Source of the DNA: an uncultured Anaerolinea sp.
GTDB taxonomy: Bacteria > Chloroflexota > Limnocylindria > Limnocylindrales > CSP1-4
Assembly: GCA_964625345.1 (NCBI GenBank)
Contig: CAZVDO010000001.1
Location: 55,237-119,236, forward strand
DNA: 64,000 bases
Reading direction: 5' to 3'
Under the pieces are notes generated by a model. The model worked only from the letters and a program-made list of their open reading frames with translations. It searched no databases and was not told the DNA's origin. How positions within the stretch are numbered: position 1 is the first letter of the stretch; every line of letters begins with the position of its first letter. The position numbers and the translations under genes were made by a program. Shown one piece after another: positions 16,745-27,071 of this stretch.

Positions 16745-18256
16745 TCAGCCCGACGCGTCCTGCTTCTCGGTCTCGGCGAGCCGCTTGCGGTTCTCCTCCC
16801 GCGTCCGCATGAGGTCGGCGCGCTTGATCTCGGGTCCGGGGATACTCGAGCGCGGCGTGCGACCGGCAGCCTTCGCCGCGTCGCGCGCGCTCGCGCGCCG
16901 ACCCATGCGTTCGCTGATCGTGGCCTCGTAGCCCTGGTCCGTCGGCAGGTAGTAGCGCCGATCGCCGAGATCGTCGGGCAGGTAGCGCTGGTCGACGTCG
17001 GCACCCTCGTAGTCGTGCGGGAACTTGTAGCCGACGCCGATCCCGTGGTGCTTCATCCGCGGATTGGCGGCGTTGCGCAGGTGGAGCGGGACCGGGAGGG
17101 CGCCCTTCGCCTCGATGTCGCCGGCGGCCGCGAAGTAGGCCGCGCCCGCGCGATTCGACTTGGGCGCCGTGGCGATGTAGGTCGCAGCCTGGGCGAGGGC
17201 GTACTGGGCCTCGGGCAGGCCGATCCAGTCGAGCGCCTGTCCCGCGGCCACGGCCACCTGGAGGGCGCGCGGGTCGGCGTTCCCGACGTCCTCCGAGGCG
17301 CTGATGATGAGGCGCCGGGCGATGAACTTGGGGTCCTCGCCCGCGGCGATCATCGCCGCGAGCCAGTAGACGGCGGCGTCGGGGTCATTGCCGCGGAGGC
17401 TCTTGATGAAGGCCGAGGCCGTGTCGTAGTGGCCGTCGCCGGCACGGTCGTACGCGAGGACCCGCTGCTGGGCCGCCGCCTCGACGTCCGACAACCGCGG
17501 TGCCACACGGCCGTCCTCGGCCCGGATGTCCTCCGCCTCGGCCAGCGCCACGGCGCCCTCGAGCACGTTGAGGGCCGATCGTGCGTCGCCCCCCGCAATC
17601 GAGACGAGGTGCTCGAACGCGTCCTCGTGCAGGACCACGCCCCCGTCCGGGCCAAGCGATCCCGCGAGGCCTCGTTCGGGATCGGCGAGCGCGGCGCGCA
17701 CGACGGTCGCGATGTCGTCGTCGGTGAGCGGCTCGAGGCGCCACACGCGCAGCCGCGACAGCAGCGCGGAGTTGACCTCGAAGTAGGGGTTCTCCGTGGT
17801 CGCGCCGATGAGCGCGACGGTGCCGTCCTCGACATGGGGGAGGAGGGCGTCCTGCTGGGCCTTGTTGAAGCGATGGATCTCGTCGATGAAGAGGACCGTC
17901 CGCTTCCCGTTGAGCGCGAGGCGTTCCTGCGCCGCGGCGAGCCCGGCCCGGACCTCGGCGACGCCGGACATCACCGCGGACAGCGTGGTGAACTCCGCCC
18001 CGACCGCCTCGGCCAGGATCCGTGCCAGGGTCGTCTTGCCCGTGCCGGGCGGACCCCACAGGAGGAGGCTGGACAGGTGACCGCGGGCGACGGACCGTCG
18101 GAGCGGGCCGCGCTCGCCGACCAGGTGCTCCTGGCCGATGAATTCCTCGAAGGTGCGCGGCCGCATCCGGGCCGCGAGCGGCTGGCGCTCGGGCGGCGGC
18201 TTGAACAGCGCCTCGGGCCGGGCGCCACCGGGCCGAGCCTGGGATCGGGCAGGCAT
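16745..18256 (-). CDS. rarA: replication-associated recombination protein A (RarA/MgsA)
   Basis: Walker [15 protein letters not shown], Walker [17 protein letters not shown], and the conserved MgsA C-terminal tetramerisation/lid regions. Confidence 0.9.
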   Translation of the reverse strand: MPARSQARPGGARPEALFKPPPERQPLAARMRPRTFEEFIGQEHLVGERGPLRRSVARGHLSSLLLWGPPGTGKTTLARILAEAVGAEFTTLSAVMSGVAEVRAGLAAAQERLALNGKRTVLFIDEIHRFNKAQQDALLPHVEDGTVALIGATTENPYFEVNSALLSRLRVWRLEPLTDDDIATVVRAALADPERGLAGSLGPDGGVVLHEDAFEHLVSIAGGDARSALNVLEGAVALAEAEDIRAEDGRVAPRLSDVEAAAQQRVLAYDRAGDGHYDTASAFIKSLRGNDPDAAVYWLAAMIAAGEDPKFIARRLIISASEDVGNADPRALQVAVAAGQALDWIGLPEAQYALAQAATYIATAPKSNRAGAAYFAAAGDIEAKGALPVPLHLRNAANPRMKHHGIGVGYKFPHDYEGADVDQRYLPDDLGDRRYYLPTDQGYEATISERMGRRASARDAAKAAGRTPRSSIPGPEIKRADLMRTREENRKRLAETEKQDASG

Positions 18257-18324
18257 GTCCGGAGTCTACGTGAGCCGGGAGCGGTCCTCGATCGATCGGC
18301 CGCGCCCGACGGGGCCGGCGTGGG

Positions 18325-18702
18325 TCAGACCGGGTTGAGGCCGGACGCGTTCACGACGGCCCAGATCACGCCGAGCAGGACGAACATGATCGTCCCGGTG
18401 ATCGCGATGTGGCGGACGTCGCGCGCCACGTAGGCGTACTCGTTGGCCGCACGCACCGACAGGGGAACACCAGCATCCGGGGCGATCCGTGGCTCGACGA
18501 GCCGGCCGCGCTGCTGTCGGCGGGCCTGCTCGGCGGCGGCCGCCTTCTCGCGGGCCGAGATCTCGGACTCGAGCTCTGCGGCGCGGGCAAGCTCGGCCTC
18601 GGTGAGCCCGCCTGGTCGGGACGCCGGCCGGGCGGCCTTCGCGGACGGGCGACCGGGTCGGGTGCTGCCGGGTCGGCCGGGGTAGCGACTGCGTTTCGCC
18701 AT
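18325..18702 (-). CDS. hypothetical small membrane protein
   Basis: Likely start MAKRSRYPG (minus-strand ATG at 18700-18702), with GAGGAG upstream. A basic N-terminus and one C-terminal TM helix (ITGTIMFVLLGVIWAVV). ORF top at 18756. Confidence 0.4.
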   Translation of the reverse strand: MAKRSRYPGRPGSTRPGRPSAKAARPASRPGGLTEAELARAAELESEISAREKAAAAEQARRQQRGRLVEPRIAPDAGVPLSVRAANEYAYVARDVRHIAITGTIMFVLLGVIWAVVNASGLNPV

Positions 18703-18713
18703 GCGGGTCTCGT

Positions 18714-19352
18714 GTGCTCCTCGCGATCGGGGTCGTGCCGGTGGCGAAGGATACACCGCGTCGCCGGGCGGGCGTCGCCGGGCCAGTCGTTCAGCGGGCG
18801 GATAGACTCGACCCGACAGACCGGAGGCCCGCCATCGATCTCATCGGCACCCTGCGCGCGAACCTCGAGCCGATCGTCGCCATCCTGGCGGCCGCGGTCG
18901 TGGTGCTTGCGCTCCTGTTGATCGTCCAGGCGCGCCGGACGCGCCGCCTGTCGGCCCGACTCGACGGACTCACCCGCGGCAGCGACGAGCGGAGCCTCGA
19001 GGCCATCCTCGAGGCCCACCTCGCCCGCGTCCACCAGGCCGTGCACGACCTCGACGAGCTCGAGGCGCGAACGGCGATCCTGGAGCGCAACCTCCGTCGC
19101 TCGTTCTCCCGGGTCGGGCTGGTCCGGTTCAACCCGTTCGAGGACACGGGTGGCAACCAGAGCTTCGCGCTCGCCCTGCTCGACGATCACGGCGACGGGG
19201 TCGTGGTCAGCAGCCTGCACGCGCGGAACCTCACGAGGGTCTACGCGAAGGGCGTCCGCGGCGGCACGCCCGACGCAAACGTCTCGGACGAGGAGGCGGC
19301 GGCCCTGCGCAGCGCGATGGAGGCCCCGACCACGGCCACGCCAGCGTCCTGA
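18714..19352 (+). CDS. DUF4446-like membrane protein
   Basis: One TM helix (IVAILAAAVVVLALLLIV) followed by the conserved block VGLVRFNPFEDTGGNQSFALALLDDHGDGVVVSSLHARNLTRVYAKGV. The start is uncertain (ATG 18714 or GTG 18738). Confidence 0.45.
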   Translation: MLLAIGVVPVAKDTPRRRAGVAGPVVQRADRLDPTDRRPAIDLIGTLRANLEPIVAILAAAVVVLALLLIVQARRTRRLSARLDGLTRGSDERSLEAILEAHLARVHQAVHDLDELEARTAILERNLRRSFSRVGLVRFNPFEDTGGNQSFALALLDDHGDGVVVSSLHARNLTRVYAKGVRGGTPDANVSDEEAAALRSAMEAPTTATPAS

Positions 19353-19379
19353 GCTCGCCTTGGTGGCGTGCCAGCCTAG

Positions 19380-22300
19380 GTGACACGGCCTGCCGGCACG
19401 ATCCTGGTCATGGATGTCCTCGACCCCTCGCTGGTCCTCGCCGATGACCGAATCCGCGCCCCGCGGCGTCGTGCCGAGCCCGCGCCGCTCGAGCAGATCC
19501 CCGTCTGGCACGGCCTCGAACCCGATGCCGGGCCGGATGACCCGGCGCTCGCGGCGCTCCTCGCCGGGCTGAACCCCGAGCAACGCCGCGCCGTCGTCCA
19601 CGCGCGCGGGCCGCTCCTCGTGGTCGCAGGCGCGGGCACCGGCAAGACAGAGGTGATCACCCGGCGGGTGGCGTGGCTCATCGCGACCCGGCGAGCCCGA
19701 CCCTCCGAGATCCTCGGGCTCACGTTCACCGAGAAGGCCGCTGCCGAGATGCAGGTCCGGGTCGACCAGCTCGTGCCGTACGGCTTCGCGGACACGTCGC
19801 TGTTCACCTTCCACGCCTTCGGGGACCGCCTCATCCGCGACTACGCGTTCGAGGCCGGGCTGTCCCCGGATGTCCGCGTGCTGTCGCGCGCCGAGACCGT
19901 GGTACTGCTCCGTGAGCACCTGTTCGAGCTCGGCCTCGAGACGTACCGGCCACTCGGGGATCCGACCCGCTTCCTGGGCGCGCTGGCCACGCTCTTTGCG
20001 CGCTGCCGGGACGAGGACATTGCGCCCGCGCGGTATCGGGCCTTCGCGGAATCACTCGCGGCCGATGCGGCACGGGAGGCCGCTGCCCTGCGTGGGCCGG
20101 GGACGGACCCCGACGCGGACGAGGCAGTGCGCGCCCTCGAGGAACTTGCCGGCCGGCAACGGGAGCTCGCGACGGCCTACGAGCGCTACCTCGAGCTCCT
20201 CGAGCGATCGGGGTCGATCGACTTCGGGGACCAGGTGTGGCGGGCGCTCCGACTCCTGCGCGACCATCCCGCGATCCGGTCGGCCGTGCAGCAGCGCTAC
20301 CGGTTCGTGCTCGTGGATGAGTTCCAGGACACCAACCCCGTCCAAGCCGCGCTCGTCCGCCTCATCGCCGAGCGCCATCGCAACGTCACCCTGGTCGGCG
20401 ACGACGACCAGTCCATCTACCGGTTCCGCGGCGCGGCCCTCGGGAACATCCTGGACGTTCGGTCCGCCTATCCGGGGGTCCGGACCGTGGTGCTGCGTCG
20501 GAACTACCGGTCCACCGCGCCGATCCTCGACGCCGCCCATCGGCTGATCCGCTTCAACGATCCCCATCGGCTCGAGGTCCAGGTCGGCATCTCGAAGCGC
20601 CTCAGCGCCCAGCGCCCGGGCCGCGATTCCGCGCCGGTTCGCCACCAGGCCTTCGCAACCGGTGCGGAGGAGGCCGACTGGATCGCGGCGGACATCCGGG
20701 CCCGGGTCGCTGCCGGCGCGCACCCGCGCGACCATGCCGTGCTCGTCCGGGCCAACGCGGATGCCGATGCCATCCTGCGGAGCCTCGGCGCCTCGGGGAT
20801 CCCGTGGCACTTTTCGGGGACCGCGGGCCTGTACGCCCGGCCGGAGGTCCGCGTCCTGCTGTCCGTGCTGCGATTCGTCGCCGATCCGTCGTCGAGCGTC
20901 GATCTCTACGCGATCGCCGCGAGCGAGCCGTACGGCCTGCCGGCGCCCGACCTCGCGGCGGGATTCGCGACGGCCCGACGGTCGCACCGATCCGCCTGGT
21001 CGGTGTTCGAGGAACTCGACGCGAGCCCCGCCGGCGACGTCTCGGCCGCGGGCCGGCCGATCCTCCGACGCCTCGTGGGGGACCTGCGTCGGCTCGTCGA
21101 CCTGGCCCGGCGGCGACCGGCCGGCGAGGTTCTCTACGCCTTCCTGCGCGAGAGCGGCTGGCTGGCCATGCTCGCGGAGGCCGGCACGCCAGAGGCCGAG
21201 GCGGCGCTCGCCAACGCCGCCCGGTTCTTCGACATCGTGCGGGCCCGGACCGGGCTCCTCACGGATCCCCGTGCCGCGTTCCTCGCGCCGCACCTGGGCA
21301 CGCTCATCGAGGCTGGCGACGACCCGGCCGAGGCGGAGCCGGATCCCGACCGCGATGCGGTCTCCGTGCTGACGGTGCACCGAGCCAAGGGCCTGGAGTT
21401 CCCGGTCGTGTACGTACCAGGACTGGTCGCGGGCCGGTTCCCGACGAACGCGCGACGCGACCCGCTGGCCATTCCGGACGCGCTCCTGGGCGCCAACGGT
21501 GACCCTGCCGAGGCACAGTTGGAGGAGGAACGCCGGCTGTTCTACGTGGCCATGACGCGAGCCCGGGACGAGCTCATCCTGAGCCACGCCGCCGACTACG
21601 GCGGCACGCGGCAGCGCCGCGTCTCGCGCTTCGTGCTGGAGGCCCTCGACATGCCGAGTGCCGTGGCCTCGAGCCTCGTGCCGGTGCGACCCGACAGCCG
21701 CGCCCGCATCGCCGCGCATGCACCGATCGCCACGCTGCCCGTGGCCGCGGATTCGGGACCCGTCGTCGGGCCACTCGCCCTGAGCCACTCGTCGATCGAC
21801 GCGTACCTGACCTGTCCGCGTCGGTTCCAGTTCGGCCACGTCCTGCGGATCCCCACGGCCCCGCATCACGCCCTGGTCGTCGGCTCGGCGCTGCACCAGG
21901 TGGTCCAGGAGTTCCATCGGGCCGAGACACGCGGGCAGGTGCTCGACGAGGCCGAGATCGAGGCCTCCCTCGAGCGGGCGTGGACCAACGAGGGGTTCGT
22001 GTCGCGCGAGCACGAGCAGGCCCGGCGCGCAGCCGCAAGTGCGGCCCTCCGTCGGTTCCGGACGGACCGCATCGAGAGCGCGGCGCCCCCGCCCGCGTGG
22101 ATCGAGCGGGATTTCGCGTTCTCCCTCGACGGGGATCGAATCCGGGGTCGCTTCGACCGGGTGGACATCGAGCCCGTCGGGGGACCGGCGCCCCGCCCGG
22201 AGGCGCTCCTGGCCGCGGCATCCCGGACGAGCGGCGCGGATGTCGTCGAGCCAACACTCGAGCTGCTCGGACGCGAGCGGGTCACCATCACCGACTACAA

Positions 22301-22607
22301 GTCGAGCGACGTCCGCGACCCGGCCAAGGCGCGCCAGCGCGCCCGGGATTCGCTCCAGCTCCAGATCTACGCCATGGCCTACGAGGCCATGACGGGCCGG
22401 CTGCCCGATGCCCTCCAGCTCCATTTCCTCGAGAGCGGCCTGGTCGGCCAGGTCCCGGTCGAGCCGGAGCGCCTCGAGAAGGCCCGCGGCCGGATCGCAC
22501 AGGCCGCCGCGGGGATCCGCGCCCGGGACTACGACCCGACGCCCGATGCCATGACCTGCTCCTACTGCCCGTTCCGTGACATCTGCCCGTCGAGTGCCGC
22601 AACCTGA
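19380..22607 (+). CDS. UvrD/PcrA-family helicase fused to a C-terminal RecB/Cas4-like PD-(D/E)XK nuclease with a 4-Cys cluster
   Basis: Helicase motif I VVAGAGTGKTEVITRRVAWL, DEFQDTN, the VGDDDQSIYRFRGA region, and motif VI-like VAMTRARDEL. The C-terminus has a nuclease core (ITDYKSSDV) and Cys residues at YLTCPRRFQ plus CSYCPFRDICPS. The start may be ATG 19410 (MDVLDP). Confidence 0.85.
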   Translation: MTRPAGTILVMDVLDPSLVLADDRIRAPRRRAEPAPLEQIPVWHGLEPDAGPDDPALAALLAGLNPEQRRAVVHARGPLLVVAGAGTGKTEVITRRVAWLIATRRARPSEILGLTFTEKAAAEMQVRVDQLVPYGFADTSLFTFHAFGDRLIRDYAFEAGLSPDVRVLSRAETVVLLREHLFELGLETYRPLGDPTRFLGALATLFARCRDEDIAPARYRAFAESLAADAAREAAALRGPGTDPDADEAVRALEELAGRQRELATAYERYLELLERSGSIDFGDQVWRALRLLRDHPAIRSAVQQRYRFVLVDEFQDTNPVQAALVRLIAERHRNVTLVGDDDQSIYRFRGAALGNILDVRSAYPGVRTVVLRRNYRSTAPILDAAHRLIRFNDPHRLEVQVGISKRLSAQRPGRDSAPVRHQAFATGAEEADWIAADIRARVAAGAHPRDHAVLVRANADADAILRSLGASGIPWHFSGTAGLYARPEVRVLLSVLRFVADPSSSVDLYAIAASEPYGLPAPDLAAGFATARRSHRSAWSVFEELDASPAGDVSAAGRPILRRLVGDLRRLVDLARRRPAGEVLYAFLRESGWLAMLAEAGTPEAEAALANAARFFDIVRARTGLLTDPRAAFLAPHLGTLIEAGDDPAEAEPDPDRDAVSVLTVHRAKGLEFPVVYVPGLVAGRFPTNARRDPLAIPDALLGANGDPAEAQLEEERRLFYVAMTRARDELILSHAADYGGTRQRRVSRFVLEALDMPSAVASSLVPVRPDSRARIAAHAPIATLPVAADSGPVVGPLALSHSSIDAYLTCPRRFQFGHVLRIPTAPHHALVVGSALHQVVQEFHRAETRGQVLDEAEIEASLERAWTNEGFVSREHEQARRAAASAALRRFRTDRIESAAPPPAWIERDFAFSLDGDRIRGRFDRVDIEPVGGPAPRPEALLAAASRTSGADVVEPTLELLGRERVTITDYKSSDVRDPAKARQRARDSLQLQIYAMAYEAMTGRLPDALQLHFLESGLVGQVPVEPERLEKARGRIAQAAAGIRARDYDPTPDAMTCSYCPFRDICPSSAAT

Positions 22608-22611
22608 GCGT

Positions 22612-23421
22612 GTGCACGATGCCGCCACTCGCCTGACGTCCGTCCGGGTCATCACCTTCGATTTCGGCAACACGCTCGTTCCGGTCGCGCACCGGGCGCT
22701 CCGTGCCGTCGTCGAGCGCACGGCGCACGCGGTCGCGGACGAGCTCGGCGTCCACGAGCGTTCGTTCCTGGACGTGTGGGCCGAGGAACGCGACCGCCAG
22801 TTCCGGGAGGAGGTCCCGCGGTTCCGGGAGGCGGAGCTCGTGCCGCGTGCCCGTCGCGTCCTGGCGCGACTGCGCGGCGTCGAGCCGCCGCCGGCGGGCG
22901 GTTCCTGGGATGACACCGCGGCGGCGGCGCGCAGCCAGCCCGCCGAAGTGGCCCGCATCGTCGAGGCCTACAGCGCGGCGTTCGTCTCGCTGATCCCGGC
23001 GCCACCCGGCGTGGCCCCGATGCTCCGGCAGCTGCAGGCCCGCGGCTTTCGCCTGGGAGTGCTCTCGAACTGGCCGCTCGCCGCCTCGATCGACCGGTTC
23101 GTCGAGGCCGCCGGGTGGTCGCCCTACCTCGATGCCCTGGTGGTGTCGGAACGGGTCGGGACGATCAAGCCCCACCCGGCCATCTTCCGGGCAGCGGAAT
23201 CGGCCCTCGAAGCCAGGCCCTACGAGCTGCTCCACGTGGGCGACGACTGGGCCGCCGACGTCGTCGGTGCGCTCGAGGCCGGCTGGCGCGTGGCCTACCT
23301 GCCGGACCACCAGCACGACACGCCGCTGCCCCGGTCGGAGCGGGGCGTCGGGCATCATCCGGACTTCGAACTCGGCTCGCTGGGCGACCTGCCCGGGCGC
23401 CTGCCCGACCCACCCGCCTAG
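22612..23421 (+). CDS. HAD-superfamily hydrolase
   Basis: Motif I ITFDFGNTL (DxD). The downstream HAD motifs are LGVLSNWP and GDDWAADV. GTG at 22612 lies 5 nt after the helicase stop; ORF top at 22576. Confidence 0.65.
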   Translation: MHDAATRLTSVRVITFDFGNTLVPVAHRALRAVVERTAHAVADELGVHERSFLDVWAEERDRQFREEVPRFREAELVPRARRVLARLRGVEPPPAGGSWDDTAAAARSQPAEVARIVEAYSAAFVSLIPAPPGVAPMLRQLQARGFRLGVLSNWPLAASIDRFVEAAGWSPYLDALVVSERVGTIKPHPAIFRAAESALEARPYELLHVGDDWAADVVGALEAGWRVAYLPDHQHDTPLPRSERGVGHHPDFELGSLGDLPGRLPDPPA

Positions 23422-23430
23422 ACTCACCGC

Positions 23431-23805
23431 ATGGAGACACGCGACCGGCGGCGCAACCTCGCGTTCTTTGCCGGCGCGCTCGTCACGTGGGTCGCCGTGG
23501 GCATCGTCGTGGTCACGCTCGACCCGATCGCGATCCCGGTGGCCGGGTATCTCGGGGCGGTCCTCATGGGCCTCGCGATCGGGCTCACGGTCATCCCGCT
23601 CTTCTGGCTCGTGGCGTTCGCACGCAGCCGCCGCATCGCCATGCGGGGTTCGTGGACCCGGGCGGTGCGACGGGGCGCGTGGACCGGCGTGCTCGTGACC
23701 CTGTTCGTGGTCATGCGCCTGCAGGGCCTGTTCCAGCCGCAGCTCGGGCTCTTCATCGTCGCCCTGGCCCTGACCGCCGAGACCGCGCTGTCCGTCGAGC
23801 GATGA
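23431..23805 (+). CDS. hypothetical membrane protein (4 TM helices)
   Basis: Four hydrophobic helices and a positive-inside bias. No recognisable domain. Confidence 0.4.
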   Translation: METRDRRRNLAFFAGALVTWVAVGIVVVTLDPIAIPVAGYLGAVLMGLAIGLTVIPLFWLVAFARSRRIAMRGSWTRAVRRGAWTGVLVTLFVVMRLQGLFQPQLGLFIVALALTAETALSVER

Positions 23806-23818
23806 CCCCACCGGGAGG

Positions 23819-25024
23819 ATGCACCGCGTGAACGCCGGCACTGCCAACCCCGAACTGCCCGCCGAGGCCATGAAGGCGCGGATCGCCGCGACCGTCGCGT
23901 CGCTGCGCGACGAGATCATCGGGCTGTCGCACGACATCCACGCCCATCCGGAGCCCGCCTTCGAGGAACACCACGCCGCGGCCCGCTGCGCCGACCTCCT
24001 CCGCGCGCACGGCTTCGCCGTCGAGCTGCCGGCGGGTCGCCTGGCCACGGCGATTCGCGCGGTCCGGCGCGGGGGCAGGGGAGGGGTGAGCCCGCGCATC
24101 GGGATTCTCGCCGAGTACGACGCACTGCCCGGCCTCGGCCACGGCTGCGGGCACAACACCATGGCGGCTTCGGGCGTCGGCGCGGCCCTTGCCCTTGCGG
24201 GCATCGCCGATTCGCTGCCCGGCGAGATCGTGTTCCTCGGCACGCCCGCCGAGGAGCGCGGCAGCGGCAAGGGCTGGATGATCGAGGACGGCCTCTTCGA
24301 CGGCCTGGACGCCGCCCTGCTCTACCACCCGTGCGACCGGAACCACGTCGACATCGCGCCGCTCGCATCCGTCGACATCGACGTGGTCTTCACCGGGCTC
24401 CAGGCGCACGCGGCCTCGGATCCCTGGAAGGGCCGGAACGCGCTCGACGCGATGATCCTGCTCTTCACGTCGGTGGGCCTGTGGCGCCAGCAGTTGCGGC
24501 CATCCGCCCGCGTCCACGGGATCATCCAGGAGGGTGGCACAGCGGCAAACATCATCCCGGAGCGGACGAAGGCCTGGTTCATGGTCCGCAGCGACGACGA
24601 GGCCGAGTACCAGGCCATGCAGGCGCACTTCCGGGAGCTGTGCGAAGCCGCCGCGCTGGCGACCGGCACCACCGTCGAGGTGACGATCTCCGGAGGCGCG
24701 CGAACGATGCGCACGAACCCGGTGCTGCGCGAGCTGTGGATCCGCAACGCGGCCGCCCGGGGGATCGCCGACGAGGGCCACGACAGCGCGTACGGCAGCA
24801 CGGACATGGCGAACGTCTCGTGGGTCTGCCCGAGCATCCACCCGGACCTGGCCATCGCGCCAACGGGCACCCCCGGCCACTCGATCCTGTTCCGGGATGC
24901 CGCCGTGACCCCGCGGGCCGACGAGACGACGCTGACCGCGGCCACGCTCATCGCACAGACCGCCTGGGACCTGTTCGCGGATCCCGACCTCGTCCGCGCG
25001 GCCTGGGAGGCGTTTCGCGCCTGA
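23819..25024 (+). CDS. M20D-family amidohydrolase (aminoacylase/hippuricase-like)
   Basis: GILAEYDALPGLGHGCGHN metal-binding block and the M20 dimerisation-domain layout. Confidence 0.8.
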   Translation: MHRVNAGTANPELPAEAMKARIAATVASLRDEIIGLSHDIHAHPEPAFEEHHAAARCADLLRAHGFAVELPAGRLATAIRAVRRGGRGGVSPRIGILAEYDALPGLGHGCGHNTMAASGVGAALALAGIADSLPGEIVFLGTPAEERGSGKGWMIEDGLFDGLDAALLYHPCDRNHVDIAPLASVDIDVVFTGLQAHAASDPWKGRNALDAMILLFTSVGLWRQQLRPSARVHGIIQEGGTAANIIPERTKAWFMVRSDDEAEYQAMQAHFRELCEAAALATGTTVEVTISGGARTMRTNPVLRELWIRNAAARGIADEGHDSAYGSTDMANVSWVCPSIHPDLAIAPTGTPGHSILFRDAAVTPRADETTLTAATLIAQTAWDLFADPDLVRAAWEAFRA

Positions 25025-25188
25025 CGGCCGTGCGCCGCCGTGGCAGGAGCGGAGGCGAGAACCGCGAGCCGCGGAGGTCGTTTGCTAGGATGGCGGCGGC
25101 GCCCCGCTGGACGGCAGAATCCGAACCGGCGGCGTCCTTGTCTGAGTGACGGCCGGCACGTCGCCCGCGCCGACTCGGGAGGAATCGC

Positions 25189-26247
25189 GTGAGCGAGCGC
25201 CCCCAGGACCCGGGCTCGCATCCGTTCGCCGAGATGCACGGCTGGGACCGGCCGTTCGAGGTCTACTCCGACTACGACCTTCCCACCTACGTCGGGCCGG
25301 TCACCTTCGCCCGCCTGCCGTGGATCGCCGATCCCGCCGCGCTCGCGGCGCACCATGCGGACGTGGCGATCGTGGGTGCCCCATTCGACGACATGGTCAG
25401 CCACCGCCCGGGCGCTCGCTTCGGGCCGCGGGCAATCCGGGAAGCCCAGTACAGCACCGGGTCCCTGAACTCCCTCCAGCTGGGCATCGAGCCGTTCGAG
25501 GTGCTGACCGTCGTCGATGCCGGCGACGCCAACATCGTGCCGGCCTCGTGGGAACGCGGCCACGCGATGATCTACCGCAAGGTGCGCGAGGTCGCGGCCA
25601 CCGGGGCGATCCCGATCGTGCTGGGCGGCGACCACAGCATCACCTGGCCGTCGGCCTCCGCCGTGGCCGAGGTGCGCCGGCCGGGCAGCATCGGCATCGT
25701 CCACTTCGACGCCCATGCCGACACGGCTCCGGATACGTACGGCCAGCTCGCCGGCCACGGGTCGCCGATGCGCCGACTCATCGAATCGGGAGCCGTCCGC
25801 GGTCGCAACTTCGTCCAGGTGGGCTTGCGCGGGTACTGGCCGCCGGTGGACGTGCTCGACTGGATGCGCGAGCAGGGCCTGCGGGTCCACTTCATGACCG
25901 AGATCGAGGAGCGCGGCGCCGAGGCCGTCATCGCCGACGCGATCGCCGAGGCGCTCGACGGACCGGACGCCATCTACCTCTCGGTGGACATCGACGTCGT
26001 CGACCCCGGGCTGGCACCCGGAACGGGCACGCCCGAGCCCGGGGGCATGCTCTCGCGCGAGCTGCTTCGGGCGGTGCGCCAGATCGTGGGCGCCGTCGAG
26101 CTGGCGGGCATGGACATCGTCGAGGTGGCACCGCCGTACGACTGGGCCGAATCCACGGCGATGATCGCGAACCGGGTCGCGCTCGAGGCGATCTCGGCCC
26201 TCGCGGTCAAGCGGCAGGGCGGCGCGACCGTGCGCTGGGAGGGATGA
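25189..26247 (+). CDS. ureohydrolase (arginase/agmatinase family), agmatinase-like
   Basis: GGDHSITWP, IVHFDAHADT and SVDIDVVDPGLAPGTGTPEPGG manganese-binding motifs. GGAGGAA RBS 6 nt before the GTG. Confidence 0.8.
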   Translation: MSERPQDPGSHPFAEMHGWDRPFEVYSDYDLPTYVGPVTFARLPWIADPAALAAHHADVAIVGAPFDDMVSHRPGARFGPRAIREAQYSTGSLNSLQLGIEPFEVLTVVDAGDANIVPASWERGHAMIYRKVREVAATGAIPIVLGGDHSITWPSASAVAEVRRPGSIGIVHFDAHADTAPDTYGQLAGHGSPMRRLIESGAVRGRNFVQVGLRGYWPPVDVLDWMREQGLRVHFMTEIEERGAEAVIADAIAEALDGPDAIYLSVDIDVVDPGLAPGTGTPEPGGMLSRELLRAVRQIVGAVELAGMDIVEVAPPYDWAESTAMIANRVALEAISALAVKRQGGATVRWEG

Positions 26248-27062
26248 CCGGGACGGGGTCCCACCCGTTCCTCGACCACGGCGGCCCGATTCCATTCGCC
26301 CACCGCGGGGGCACCGAATCGGCCCCGGAGAACACGCTCGCCGCGTTCGCCTCCGCCGTCGCCCTCGGCTATCGGTACCTCGAGACCGACGTGCACGCCA
26401 CCGCCGATGGCGTCCTCGTGGCCTTCCATGACGACCGGCTCGAGCGCGTCACCGACGGGCACGGCGTCGTGGCCGAGACCACCTGGGAGGAGTTGCGTCG
26501 CGCGCGCGTCGGCGGGCGCGAGCCGATCCTCCTGTTCGAGGAACTGCTGGACGCGTTTCCCTCGGCCCGGATCAACATCGAGCCCAAGCACGACGCGGCG
26601 GTTGCGCCGCTCATCCGGGCACTGCGGGACGCTCGGGCCCTCGAGCGCGTGTGCGTCGGCTCGTTCTCGGACCACCGTGTCGCGGCCGTCAGGGAGGCTC
26701 TTGGCTCCGACCTGTGCACGTCCCTCGGCACGCGCGAGGTCGCGGCCCTGCGGGTCGCGGCCTGGGCGGGTGGCCCGGTGGCCCGGCGCTTCCGGGCGGC
26801 GCTGGCCCGCCGTCCGGCCCGCTGCGTCCAGGTCCCGACGCGGTGGCGCGGCGTGCCCCTGCTCGATACTCGCGTGATCGCGGCGGCTCACGACCTCGGG
26901 CTCCCGATCCACGCCTGGACGATCAACGACGAGCCTTCGATGCGCCGACTGCTCGCCGCCGGGGTCGACGGGATCATGACCGACCGGCCGACCCTCCTTC
27001 GCGACGTGCTCGTGCGCCTCGGCGCGTGGACCGACGGTCCCGGATCGGCCGGCACCGGCTAG
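26244..27062 (+). CDS. glycerophosphodiester phosphodiesterase (GDPD family)
   Basis: ATG overlaps the agmatinase stop (ATGA). FAHRGG...ENT...ETDVHATADGVLVAFHD catalytic His/Glu/Asp blocks. Confidence 0.8.
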   Translation: MTGTGSHPFLDHGGPIPFAHRGGTESAPENTLAAFASAVALGYRYLETDVHATADGVLVAFHDDRLERVTDGHGVVAETTWEELRRARVGGREPILLFEELLDAFPSARINIEPKHDAAVAPLIRALRDARALERVCVGSFSDHRVAAVREALGSDLCTSLGTREVAALRVAAWAGGPVARRFRAALARRPARCVQVPTRWRGVPLLDTRVIAAAHDLGLPIHAWTINDEPSMRRLLAAGVDGIMTDRPTLLRDVLVRLGAWTDGPGSAGTG

Positions 27063-27065
27063 GAT
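27060..27065 (+). promoter_or_regulatory. -10 hexamer TAGGAT driving a leaderless methyltransferase mRNA
   Basis: TAGGAT (shared with the GDPD stop codon) lies 6 nt before the GTG at 27072. No room for an RBS. The TANNNT pattern recurs upstream of other genes in this window. Confidence 0.3.
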
Positions 27066-27071
27066 CGAGGC

